Source of the DNA: Klebsormidium nitens
Taxonomy: Eukaryota; Plantae; Klebsormidiophyceae
DNA: 64,000 nucleotides
Direction of reading: 5' to 3'
NCBI GenBank assembly: GCA_000708835.1
Contig: DF237010.1
Coordinates: 117,345-181,344, forward strand
The notes beneath the pieces were generated by a model. The model saw nothing but the letters and a program-made list of their open reading frames with translations, was not told the DNA's origin and made no database searches. Made by a program: the position numbers and the translations under genes. Below, in pieces: positions 36,301 through 48,300 of this stretch. Position 1 is the stretch's first letter. Every line of letters begins with the position of its first letter.

Positions 36301-39300
36301 AACTCTCTGCACCTTCCGCATGATTCTGCCCGCTCAACAAAGCGGGGTGGTTGCAACGTTTCCAGAAATTTGCGCGCGAAAACGAAGAAATTGCCTTCAA
36401 TGTCTGCGAATCCATTTCCTTGATCCCGAGACCCAACAAGTACAAAACTTTCGATAATCAGGAGCATGTAGCCTGCAATCTTGGGGCGCAGAAGCGCAGT
36501 GTTTCCTGGTTCTTTCGTGCCGCTCACCGCTTCTTGAGTGCCGCCAGTAGGTATTCGCAGTAGCCCTGCGCAGCGATCAGGGAGGTCTTCCCCGTGGCGA
36601 CGATGACGCGCGAGAAGTCCGCAAACACGATCTGCGCGCCCAGCTTGCGGACGTCCGAGATCAGAAGCGCGAACAGTTTGTGCATCACCTGCGGGGTAAA
36701 AGACGGGCCGCTTGCGTATTGCTGTCGTTCCTGTCAGGTCTGAGGACGCCCCGGGGACAGAGGGCTGCCATATGGGCACTTAAACAGAGGAGAATATATC
36801 ACGATGAAGACTGCCTCTGAACTAGAGTACAAGACTTCGGAGCTGAAGTCGATCTAGTGAAGTGTTTGCACATGGATAGCAGGAAGGCCGGAATACAACG
36901 AGGGGGGGCATGGCCTGGAAAACAAAACGAGGCGGTGTAAAGCCGTACTCGTTCTCAACATTGGTACGTCGCAGGTACTTGTTCGCAGTCTGTCACCGCA
37001 GACTGCGAACAAGCGACGGGACGAACAAACAACGACCTAGACAATCTTTGAAGAGAGTTCCGATTGTTGTTCACGGACGTAAAGGGTTGCGAGGAACGGC
37101 GAAGGTGCGCGCGCGCGTCACCTTGTGCAGGAGGCGGTGTAGCGCGGGGTCGTGCAGCGTGGACTGCGGGCTGCACAGCCAGCGGTACACGTTCTGTAAC
37201 AACTGGTCCGCGTAGAAGTTCTGGTACTTCAGCGCGTCGGACAGCCAGCGGGACACAACCTACGAAGACGGGAGATCTGGGGTTTAGAAAGGCTTCGGGA
37301 ATGGGTTATGGAGGGTTTTAAAGGTCCAACGAAGACCGAACCAAGTATTTGTTGAGTTGAGGTCAGAATGGTCGAGGTGATTGTTCTGGTACTTCAGTGC
37401 GTCGGACAGCCAGCGGGACACCACTTGTGGGGTTGGCAGGGCTGGACATCAACAACTGTCTGCAAATGGCTTACGGACGTCCAACGAGGATTATTCCTAT
37501 CACTTGATCGTGGATCGATGGCCAAATTGGTCAAATTAGAAGTCTGGAAATCCAGTGCGTCCGACAGCCGGCGGCACAACACCTGCGGGGGCGGGAGGTT
37601 TGGGGAAAAGCAACGGTGAAGACGGGCTTATGGAGGATTCAGAAGGTCCAACGAGGGCTTTCCCTCGCATTCGGTTGAGCATGGATGGACGGCCAAAGAG
37701 TGAGCGGTTCACATTGTGCATTCTAATGCGCGCTCTTTTAGCCACCTCGTGCGGTTGTCAGCCTCGCAATCCAATGCTCGCCCCTGCAAACGATCTCTCT
37801 CCAGACCATCTAGCTTTCAGGCAGAGTCAGTCTTAAGGTTGTCTGCTCAAAAGACCGCCCACCGCAAACGACGTTCGTGTCCATTCATTCAATTCTGTAC
37901 TTTCGTGGTCGCTGTAAAAAGGCTTCTTTCAGACTACTTTTACCCTTCCTTTAAAACCGGCGACCGCCTCACCTGCTTGAGCACCTTGAAGGCCGCCCCC
38001 GCGATGGCGCTGTCGTCGTAGGACGTCCGCGCGCCCATCGGCATTTCCGGCGCGTCCGGCTGCAGCGCATCCAAGCCCAGCAAAGACCCCCCCTCTAGTT
38101 CGTTGATCGCGCCCGCCTTGATCAGCGCGCTAACGGCCAGGTTGTGGATCTGGAACGGACGGGTTAAGGTTCAGGGTTCGAGGAGACGACTTGTGGGGAC
38201 CTGAAAACACGGCCAAAATTGAAGCCTGGCAAGGCCGGGGTATACAAGTGGAAGTCTAGAAGAGACGAGTTTGAGCGGAAGAATGTCACTGCAATCTCTT
38301 GATGGCTCCTACCGTCATCAGAGCGCTCACCGCTAGACTGATCGGAGATCGCGGAGTAGAAAATGACGAGCTGTGAATTCTGGGATGCAGGCTCTCACTG
38401 CTTAAATGCAAACCAAGGCGTTCTCAAAAGTATTGTCCGAGCCAAACGCACATCCCGCCATCTTGTCGATACCCCCGCCTCGATCAGCGCGCTCGTCGGT
38501 GAGAAGTTTTACTCTGAAAATCATAAAGCCTCACGTTGATCTCGATGGTGATGCTGCGGTAGGCCCCCGGGAACTTGAGCTCCGGTTGCTGCACCTCGTC
38601 CGCGAAGCTGGCCTCCTCCTCCTCGGCGACCCCGCCCAGGTCAGGCACGCCCGCGTCGGACGTCCACAGCAACTAGAACGGGGACGAAGTCGCGGATGAG
38701 TGCCAAATCCTACTCTTTTGCAGCCCTGCCGCAGCCGCTTCCGGTTCTCATCCTAGCGGTCGGAGATCCCCCCCGGCAATCCTCGAATGCATGCTCTCTG
38801 CTGTCGTCGCGATATTTTGGCAGATAAGAGAGCTTCGACCAAGCAACTGCCTCAGGATACATGCACGGAAGATGTTTCATCTTCGGAAAACCATCGTGTT
38901 TTGGATGGAGAAGGGAACGTAAGCGGATGGCTGTGACGAAGCGGGGTACAATACTGAGGAGAGATGCGACGTCATACTCCTGCTTGCGTGCTCAGCGAAC
39001 GTCAGACCGAGAAACCTCTCCGTTGCACTGACACGTATATTCCCCGCGTCTTCATCTTCTGCTGACCAAGATTATTCCATCCCTCCGCTCTGAACAGCAG
39101 ACCCAAGTAAAGTGCAAACTAGGTAACAGGCTCTTTCGGTCAATCTCCGCAGGACCTTTGAGACGTTCCGGTGCCCCTCACCATGTCGTGCTCGCGGAGC
39201 GCGCGCGCGTAGAAGGCGTCCATGCAGAAGAGGACCCAGTCCTCGGCGGCGATGTTCCCCAGCGGCACGTGCACGTAGCGCGCCATATCCACGCGCGCTT

Positions 39301-42300
39301 TCAGCCACAGCTCCGCGGCCGCCGTGCGCATCGCCGCCAGCCGCGCGGCCGCGGGCTGCCACCCGAGCGCCTGCACGGACAGGGTTTGGAGGGTTTAGGG
39401 GCTGAGAATCCACAGGCTTTGGACACGGGATCAGATTGAAAAGTTGAGGGAACAGAATATTGAAAGTTCGGAGCGAAAAGGACGGGTTGCGACGGGTTGT
39501 CACCGAGCGCCTGCACGGACCGGGGTTTGGTGGTTCTACGGGCTGGGAGTTCACAGGCTTTGGATACGGGATCTTACTGAAAGTGTGAGGGAACAGAAGG
39601 TTTACAGTTTGGAGCGAGAAGGACGGTTTGCAACGGGCTGCCAACCGGAGCGCCTGCCGGGGGCGGGGTCTGGAGGTTATAGGGGCTGAGTATCTGCGCC
39701 TTCATATTGTGGGTCTTACAGAAGTCCTAAAAAAAGGAAGGTTCAGCATTTGGAGCAGCGGAATCGACTGCAACGTGCAGCCAACCTACCGCCTCACGGA
39801 CCAGATCTGGAGGAATTGGCTGAGAGGTAGGAGTCAAAGATCTCGTTCCAACCTTGGAGGCGAAGAAGCAATCTGAGACTAAAGCATTTCGGGGCTAAGA
39901 AAGCCTAGGGAATGCTGGTAAAGCCGAACGTGGCTGTGAACGAACCCCGGATGGGGGTGCACCTTTGGGACAGATTGTGAGGTTCGTTGCAAGCGAAGCA
40001 GTGCCCGTATCACATATCGGACCAACACGAAGAATGCTCATCGTCAAGTTCCAGACTGCTACACTCCCCGACTGCAACTCGCAAAACAGGAGCCGCAACG
40101 CAGTCGCCTCAAGAAAGTTCGTTGCAGCCGATGTCACCTGATACTGGCTGTCCGCCGCGTTCGGCGGCATGCCGATCCGCGGCAGCTTGTTCAGCGCCTG
40201 CACGTGTGTCAGCAGTGACGTCACGTCCAGGCTCTCCACGACGGCGACCATGGGCCCCCGGTTCTGGTCCCGGTAGTCCAGCAGCGCCGACTGGAGGGCC
40301 CGCCCGGCGTCGGCCAGCGTCCGCACGTACTCCACCTGTGGCAACCGTCCGGAAAATGTCCGACATCAGCTCCAAACTGGTCCTTGTTGCGGCAATGCAA
40401 TCCTATCTAGTATAAGGCGCTACACAAAATCACTGAGTCCAAGTCTCCGAGGGAGACAAGTAAACAGCGGGCTCGGCAAAGTAGGAAAAGATTCTGGCAA
40501 CGATTACTACTCATTAAGACGCGTTTAATAACTCTTCGCTAAGATTCCGAAACAGCGGCTGCATGGACTGACTCACGCACTTCAATATCATCGATTACAC
40601 ATTACCATTGAAACCTAGATTACAAGGTGGAACTCAGCACGTCAGAGAACGGGGCCTGACCTTGAATGCGATCTCCGGCGGTGCTCCCTCCTCGCCGCGG
40701 TCCTCCAGGTTTTCCCGGAAGGCCTCGTCGAAGTGGCGGCGCATGCTGGTGACCGAGACTTCACGGTTGGCGAACGGGTTCACCACCACGACAAGGCCCT
40801 TGCCGGAGTCGGGCAGGTGCAAGCACAGCAGGCCCCGGTTGTCCGCTTGACTGCGGGACAAGCGAAAGCAGTTGATCGAAAAGGTGTGAGAACTATTATT
40901 ACAGATCAGAAACGTTCCTGAATACAGCATGATTCGAAGGAAGCGTAATCTACATGGCGGGACAGATGCGCCGGCGGCAATCGAAGAGGGTCCTGATTGA
41001 AGATACTTGAGGTACGAGCCACGAAACCTTGAGAGTCAGGAAGGCAACAACGGAAAACTACATGAGGCGACTTGATTCGCGAGAAATGACCGCGCTGTAG
41101 AAGGTCTTAGGTCAATAAATCTTCGATCTAGCCATAATTGAACAAAGAGGCGCTTCTATAACCAACGAAGAAAAGGCTTGACCTATCGAAGTAGAGGCAA
41201 CAAATCTACGCAGCGTTGACCGGAGCGCGAGTATATTCCAAGCATCCAAGCCCTTTCAAGCTCCCTTTCTATCCAATTTTCCTTACCTGTGGTACAGATA
41301 CACGTACGACAGACTCGTCTTGCTGGCGTCCAGATACACCGCCTCGGCGGCGCTCTTCGGCCGCAGATCCGCCAACCCAAATCCGTCCGTCATTCTCTTC
41401 CCGCGTGCAGCCGGCTCAACCGTCGCAACGCAGCCCAACTGCAGCACCGCATTCAATGAAAGCGGGACACGTGTCTCATACACTCCCTCCACGTCCGGAT
41501 CGGACAGGTGCGTGGCCAGCATGCGCGCTGACACGTGGAAATAATCCTCCGGCACCTCGATTTGGAGCAAGTTGTAAACCGGGCGCGCGTGCGGCAGCGT
41601 CCGGCTCACGCGCACCCCGACCGCGTCCGCCCCCTCTTCCGGCGTCCGCTTGTTGAGGTAGAACCGCCGCGGAACGGTCACCGGAACGGACAGCATCCGG
41701 CCCCCCGCGATGATCCACGCGGTGAACTCCCCCGGCCGCCGCCCGGGGGCTAGCTGCAGGATCTGCCACGTCAGCCGGGTGACGTCATCCGCTTGCCGCA
41801 CGAACGCCCCGAGCCCCGCCCCGAGCCCCGGCTGCTTCTTTTTAGCCGCCGGCGCCGTCCCCCGGTTCCCTCCCCGGCCCGCGTCCCGAGCGGCCCTTTC
41901 CGCCTCTTTTTGCTCCTCGAGCCTCCGCTTCTTCTTTCCCGCGCGCGCACTTTTCCACTTCCGCTTCTTGTGCTCCAGCCACGCCGCGTAGTCCTCGTCC
42001 CGGTCGGGCGTCGGGCTCCTCTCCCGGGGGGGCGCTTTCCCCGCCATTCCGCGCCCCCTGCTCGGCTCCGCCTCCGCGCCGCCGTCCCTTTCTACCCGGG
42101 GATTCCCGCCATCCTCGTTCTCCTCTCCCGCCCCCCTGCTCTTCCTCCGTACCGTCGCAACCTTGGCTTTCTTGCTCGCAGGGGGGCCGCCGAAGTCCTC
42201 CAGATCACCCCCCAATCCCTCTGCTGGGCCTGCCTCCATCTCCCCCTCCCCCCCTTCTTCGATCATTTCGTCCAAGCCGGAGGGATCAACCGGGGCGACC

Positions 42301-45300
42301 CGAGGCGGCCTGCCCTGCGTTCCCGGGTGCGAGACGCGCTTCTCGGTCTGGGGGGGTGGTTTGGAGAACATGTCCTTGAGGCTGCGTTGCTGGTACTTGT
42401 CGTTCTTGTCGCGCAGCTTCTTGTACAGCCACTCGGGGTGCGCCACCCGAGGGACCGGGTTGGCCACCTGGCAGCACATAAAGCCCCGGTCGGTACAAAG
42501 AATCGGACCCTCTTCAAGCAATTAAGCCTAACCGGAGAGCGATCTCAACCGTTCAATTGTGCACGTACTACACAAATCTGAGATTGAATCTCGTGCAGTT
42601 ACTACAAAAGCCCGAGTTCATTCAATAGCTAAGAGGAACTCGGACCGTTTGACCGATTAAGCAACAGAAAAATCCTGGGGATGACCTATATCGCGAGCGA
42701 TGAGCCTGCTGTAGTAGAATCTACTGCGGTGGCCCGATACTGAAACGGAGTGGCTTTTTATGCGTTGTGGAATGTTCCAAAGAAATTTCAAATTCCACCA
42801 TCCTTGCGCGCACACCTTTTGCATGGCTGCCGGGATGGTAATGATCTTCTGGACAGCGCTCCCGAGGCGCATCTTGTAATAGGCCCAATCAACGATTGTA
42901 CGGATGCTCAGATCACCGCCCTCCTTGCACCACCGCCGCAAGTAACTTCGCTGCACGTCTGCACAAGGACGGAGGAAGGCTTAAGGTCCACGAAAAAGCA
43001 AGCAGATTGGCACCGAGAGTATGCAGACATACCTCCGATTGCGAAAGATGTGTCTCCATTGTTGGAGCCGCTGAAAGTCTCTAGTAGAGCAGACGACCAC
43101 AACACCCCTTGATTGGTCTGATGTAACAGAGAAGAGACGAGAATCCTTTGGTGACCGAAAGCGCCATATATAAGGAACTATGAAACGGTACATCGAAGTC
43201 GATAATTTGGCAAGAGTCCCTTTTGCCGAAGAACAACCTTTGGATCATACAATGTGAGCATCGTCAAATTCCAGCTTTGAAGTTCAGGTCCTAAGGCAAG
43301 GCTTTGCTCACCCGCGTCCGTCTCAAAGATGGCCACCGGGATCGCGCGCTCGCTGACGGGCGCGCCCTCGGGCGAGCGTGCGACAATGTAGCGGCACAGC
43401 AAACCCTTGTCCTTGACCATCTCCGTGCCCAAAAAGTCCGCGAGCCGCCGAGCGGTGGTCGTCGCGCACGACTTCTGCTCCCCGTAGTCCGCGAGCGATT
43501 TGGACATGGTCGTCTGCTCCGAAATGTACTCTAGCAGCTCCTCGTCCGTCAGGTCCACGCCGCGGTTCTGGCAATACAGGTTTTCAAGGTTCAGCGTTTC
43601 GGGGTTACAGAGTACTGGGATATTGGGGTTGCCTGGTTCTGGGTGCTAGGATTCTAGGTCAGGGATCAGCTTGTGCATTTGTACAGATATCGGCTCTTAC
43701 GTTGGGAAGAGTACGTTAATGAGTGATGGAAGAGAGAACCTTAGCGAGCATCATTGAGTTTTTGCTAGGTTTGCAGTGATTGCGGCTGAGGCGAAAGGGG
43801 TGAAACCTGCGAGTATCAGTTCGAGAATCCTGAGGATGTTGAATACCTGCTGAAATAGCACAGGTTGGAAGGACCAAGTCACCATTTCAACGACGTGCAG
43901 ACTCATGCCAGGGGGAAGACGGGCAGGCCTTCAACTAAGGACGTCAACGAGACGTCACAATACACTCTCAGGTCGACACTCAAGAAGCAGATACATGGGA
44001 CTTCAAAGGTCGGTAAAGTGCAACCCCACAAAGGGTTTGATTTGAGACTTCTGAACCGCCAAACCCTCACGTCGAGCATGTCGAGCCAGCGGTTGGCGAC
44101 GGCGGCGACCGCGCTGTAGCAGTCCTCCAGGCTGTCGCCCTCCAGGAAATTCTCGAACACCTCGCTCTGGAACACCTTGATCAGCTTCAGCTCGCCGCGC
44201 CGCTTCACCTCGAACCCCTTGAGCTCCGCTAACGTTCCGTCGTCGTTGAAAACGGCGTACCGCTTCTTGATGAGGACCCCTTCTTCCTTGGAGGCGGGTA
44301 GGATCATGGCCTTGTACGGGCCGTCGACTTCGAAGGAGATCGAGCACTCGCTGCTGGTCGTGTAGGTGCGCTTGATGGGGTCCTTGAGCGTCTGCGGAAC
44401 GACAGAATATGAGTAGTTGAGAGTGCGGGAGGATTTTATAAAAGGTCGCTCTGCAACCTCGACCTATTCAAGCTATCAAGGAGAGACTCGAAAACCGTGG
44501 TTGAGCTGTGCTACTTGAATGATTGAGGTGCAGCTGCAATCCAAGAAACAGTCTGGGTTGACGTTGAGAGCAGGATAGATGAGAGCGCGATCTGTGGCTG
44601 TAGTTTCAGAACCCTCTTGTGCGCTACTTTGACAATCACTTTTTCGGTCTCTTTTGCGTCTATATCAGTGCTCACCGCTGGACTAGACCCCCTGCTAAAC
44701 TCCCGGTACAATTTCTCAGGTAAGAGTATGGTAAACCTAGGTCCTGGACGGCAAAGAAGGCGACAACTGATCCTCGAAACATGCAGGTGGATTCAAAGGA
44801 CGCCCGCAGATAGAGCGCTCGTTACCTGGTACTGGTTGTTGGTGTTGTTGACGAAGACATCCACGTTGAGCATGACGCACGGGTAGGAAATGGTCATTTT
44901 GCGCTTGCCGTGGCTGCAACAAAGCAAAACGCTCCTTTTTACAATAGCTTGTAGAGTATTCTGTTCTTCCGTACAAGGCAAATTGACTGCAAAGTGCCCA
45001 GCCAAAGCAGAGCAGCCCCAAAGCTTCAGTGTCATAATCGAAAAGGAAGCTGAGACAGAGACGCTTTCCTTGACAAGCGGAGCAGGACAGCCACGCTGAT
45101 TCGTACCTTCGTAAATGATACCAAAGCAGTGAGCGGTGTGAAGCGAAGCATGCGAAAGAGGCAGATTGACGTCAGATTACGCCAGTGAAGATCAGGAGGT
45201 ACAGCTTGACGCCAAGGCCTGACAGTACAGCCAGAACCTATATCACTGTCTCAAGTCGGAAAGATCAATCCTGCGGGAAAAAAAGGAGAGCTGCCGACTC

Positions 45301-48300
45301 ACATGGTGGTGAAGGCGAAGTTCTCCGGGAATGACGCGGGCAGCGCGCACCAGATGCCGTCCGTGTCTAGTTCCAGCGGCTTCCCGATCTGCTCCACGAG
45401 CACGCGCGCGGCCTGGATGATCTTGGCGCCCGTGTACGTCACCACGCCCGCCATCTCCATCGAGTACCACCGGGCGCCCCTGGGGAGAGGTTAAGAGGGG
45501 TTTAAAATTCGAAGGACGGGTTACGCTGGCAGGTTAGTCATTTGAAGCTTCCGAGGACTATGGGAGCAACGCCAGCGAGTATGGTTTGGAGAAGAGGCTC
45601 TGGGAAGCTTTTAATGGGCAGAGAAGGCTTTTAATGGGCAGAGGCTTTACCGACGGCTTGCGGCGACGGCTTGGGAGAGACAGTCTCTGCTTCACTGTGA
45701 CCAGAAGGGGCGGTCATCTTCAACCCATCATGGAGAAAAGGACTGCCTTCAAGACCTAAAAGTAGAGCAACTTGAAAGCTGCTCGAAAGGATCTTGCGCA
45801 GGGTTCCATTGACAAGGGACTGGAGCCGCTGGGAAATTCAGATTCACCATGTCTTTGTGGGGTTCTAAGCGCCGCACGCCGTGCTCACTTGCGCATGACG
45901 TAGCCGTAGAAGGAGTTGAGGATGCACTTGTGCGCGAGCTGCAGCGAGTCGTACACGACGCACATGTCGTCCGCCTCCTGGATCTCGATCGGGTTGCCGC
46001 GGCCGCGCGCCGCGTTCAGCCGCGCCTTCCACATCTTGTTCAGCGCCTTGTACTCGTACCGCCGGTCGCGGAAACTGCGCACAGGGCGAAGATTTTGGGT
46101 CAGATATTGGAGGCAAGCGTGTGGAGTTGAAAGATCTGCTTATATACCTTAAAACTGCAACGAGGCCTTTTCTTGTCAGATGTTTGGGCGCTTTGAGCCA
46201 AGCAAACCTTCTCACGTCAAAAGCACCTTCGCTGGCCCCTTTCTCCCGAATTACAGAGTTCTCTCACATCTCCTCTTTCCATTCTTTCAAGCGAAGACTC
46301 TGGGCCTAACGGGGCGTTTTCAGCCGGCATTTCTTGCAGCAGTCGTTCCACTTCACTCCAGCCCGTCGCTCACCTTTTGACGGTGTCCACGTAGAAGGGG
46401 TTCTCCCGCATGCACACGGACGCCGTGCGCTGCTCCATCACCGGCTTGTCCAACACCTTCCGGTACACCTGCACACCGCGACACGTGTCACTTACCTTTT
46501 GGATGCAAACGGGACTACTGCGCCTATGCTTCTCTGCTAAGGCACCCCTCAGTCGCTTAGAGAAGCATTCTTAGTCATGTTGCCTGGTATGGAAGAGTTT
46601 GTCGCCGGATGGTGATCTACCTGCTAAGGCATTTGTGCAGCTGGATTCGTCAACTCTCAAACCCCAAACACAAATGAACGAAAAAGCAACCCCGGGAACC
46701 CCGTAGCCCAAACAAGCGGGAAGTCAAGTATAAGAGTCTTTGACACCTCAACAGTGAATGAAATTCAAGCCTGATTACCCTCATCTTCTGTGCGTACGAC
46801 TTGAACCGGTCTAGAAAGTGCACGGAACTTGAAGAAACATCCCCAAAAGCGCTTTGAGTCCAGCTCTTCGAACCCAAAAACATCAATCCCCTCACTTTTT
46901 GCGTGTACGACTTGAGCCGCGCCTTGAGTTTCAGCGCCTGCTGCTCTGGGTCCAGGTCCTTAAAGAAGACCGCCGGCCCGCCCTCGTACGCGGCCGGGAA
47001 CTGCTCCGACTCGATCTGGTTCTTGACCTGGCGGCAGAGAGTCGCAGCCGTTTCACGAGAGAACAAACCTGCCGCTCGCTGAAGACTGGAGTGAAAACAC
47101 GATCTGCCGCTTTTCGAAAACTAGGTATGAGTTTGCTGCTCACTACAGATTATGTGCGAGATTGCCGCTCAAAGAGGAAATAACGATCCGCAAGAGAGTC
47201 TGGGGAGCTCCAGAAGCGGCCTGTCAGCATCTCAATTTGTCTCGCCTGCCAAAACGCGGTGACATAGCGAGGTTCGCTTGGCAAGTACATCACGCTCGGG
47301 TCTCCGGGGTCACTAATGGCTCGACAAAAAATCAGTCGGGTCGATGTTCGCTGTTTGAGGGTCTGCTACATGAGTCTTCGGCTCTAACCTGGTAGTACTC
47401 GCTGCGGCTGGCCATAAAGTGCTCCCCGCGCCAGGTCCACTCCATCTGGCGCAGGCACGTCTTGTCGGGCCGGTTGAAGTCGCACCCCGCGCACACGTCC
47501 TCCGTCACGATCGACGGCGGCTGCGGGGGAAACGGTGGAGTTACGGGGACGAGTGAGCAGGGGTGACGGCAACAGTCAGAAGCCGGCGATCAGGATGCAT
47601 GCCGCGCTATTCTACATTCGTCATTGAATATCTGTGCACGGCACAGCTATGAATCCGTGGTCAAAGTGAGCCGCGCAGAAAGCAGAGCTGACCCTGTGGA
47701 CTCTGCTCGAGAAGCTTTGAGACCAGCTGTGGATCGAACATTGCTCCAGAAGAGTGTATGTCTCCGGTTATGTAAGCAGGCAGCAAATGTAGGTGATACT
47801 TCAAAAGAATTTTCGTACTACTTGATCGCATGTTTCTACCGCTCACCTGCAGTCGGTTAGTGAGGATGATGTTGGGGTACATGGCCGCCACGTCCAGATG
47901 GTAGATCACCGGGCGCTCCTCCCGGTTGGGCACGTCGCGCAAGTTCTCCAGCTGCACATAAAGTGCTTCAGTCAACATCGTAAAGCCTCTTCTTCTTGCA
48001 GACCCAATTGTATTGATTACCACTGAGTCGCATAGTCCGCGACGATGCAAACAAGCATCTGAATGCTTGTATGTGTTGTATTGATTACCACTGAATCGCA
48101 TAGTCCGCGACGATACAAACGAACATCTGAACGCTTCTGTGCTGCGTCCGCAATCCCAAGCGCACGATAAATGGCAAAAAGCCACAGCTTGGAAGTGCAG
48201 TTCTCGCGGGTCACCTGCGTTTGGATCTCCTGCTTAATCTCGTCGTAGTTGGTGATCTCATCCATCGTCATCTTGGCCTCCTCCTCGATCGCGAAGCGCA

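Noticed and set aside
45605-45680. Short direct repeats (gcttttaatgggcaga x2, cgacggcttg x2) as a possible CRISPR or element signature
   Set aside because: Two copies, no unique spacers, eukaryotic intron; simple slippage.
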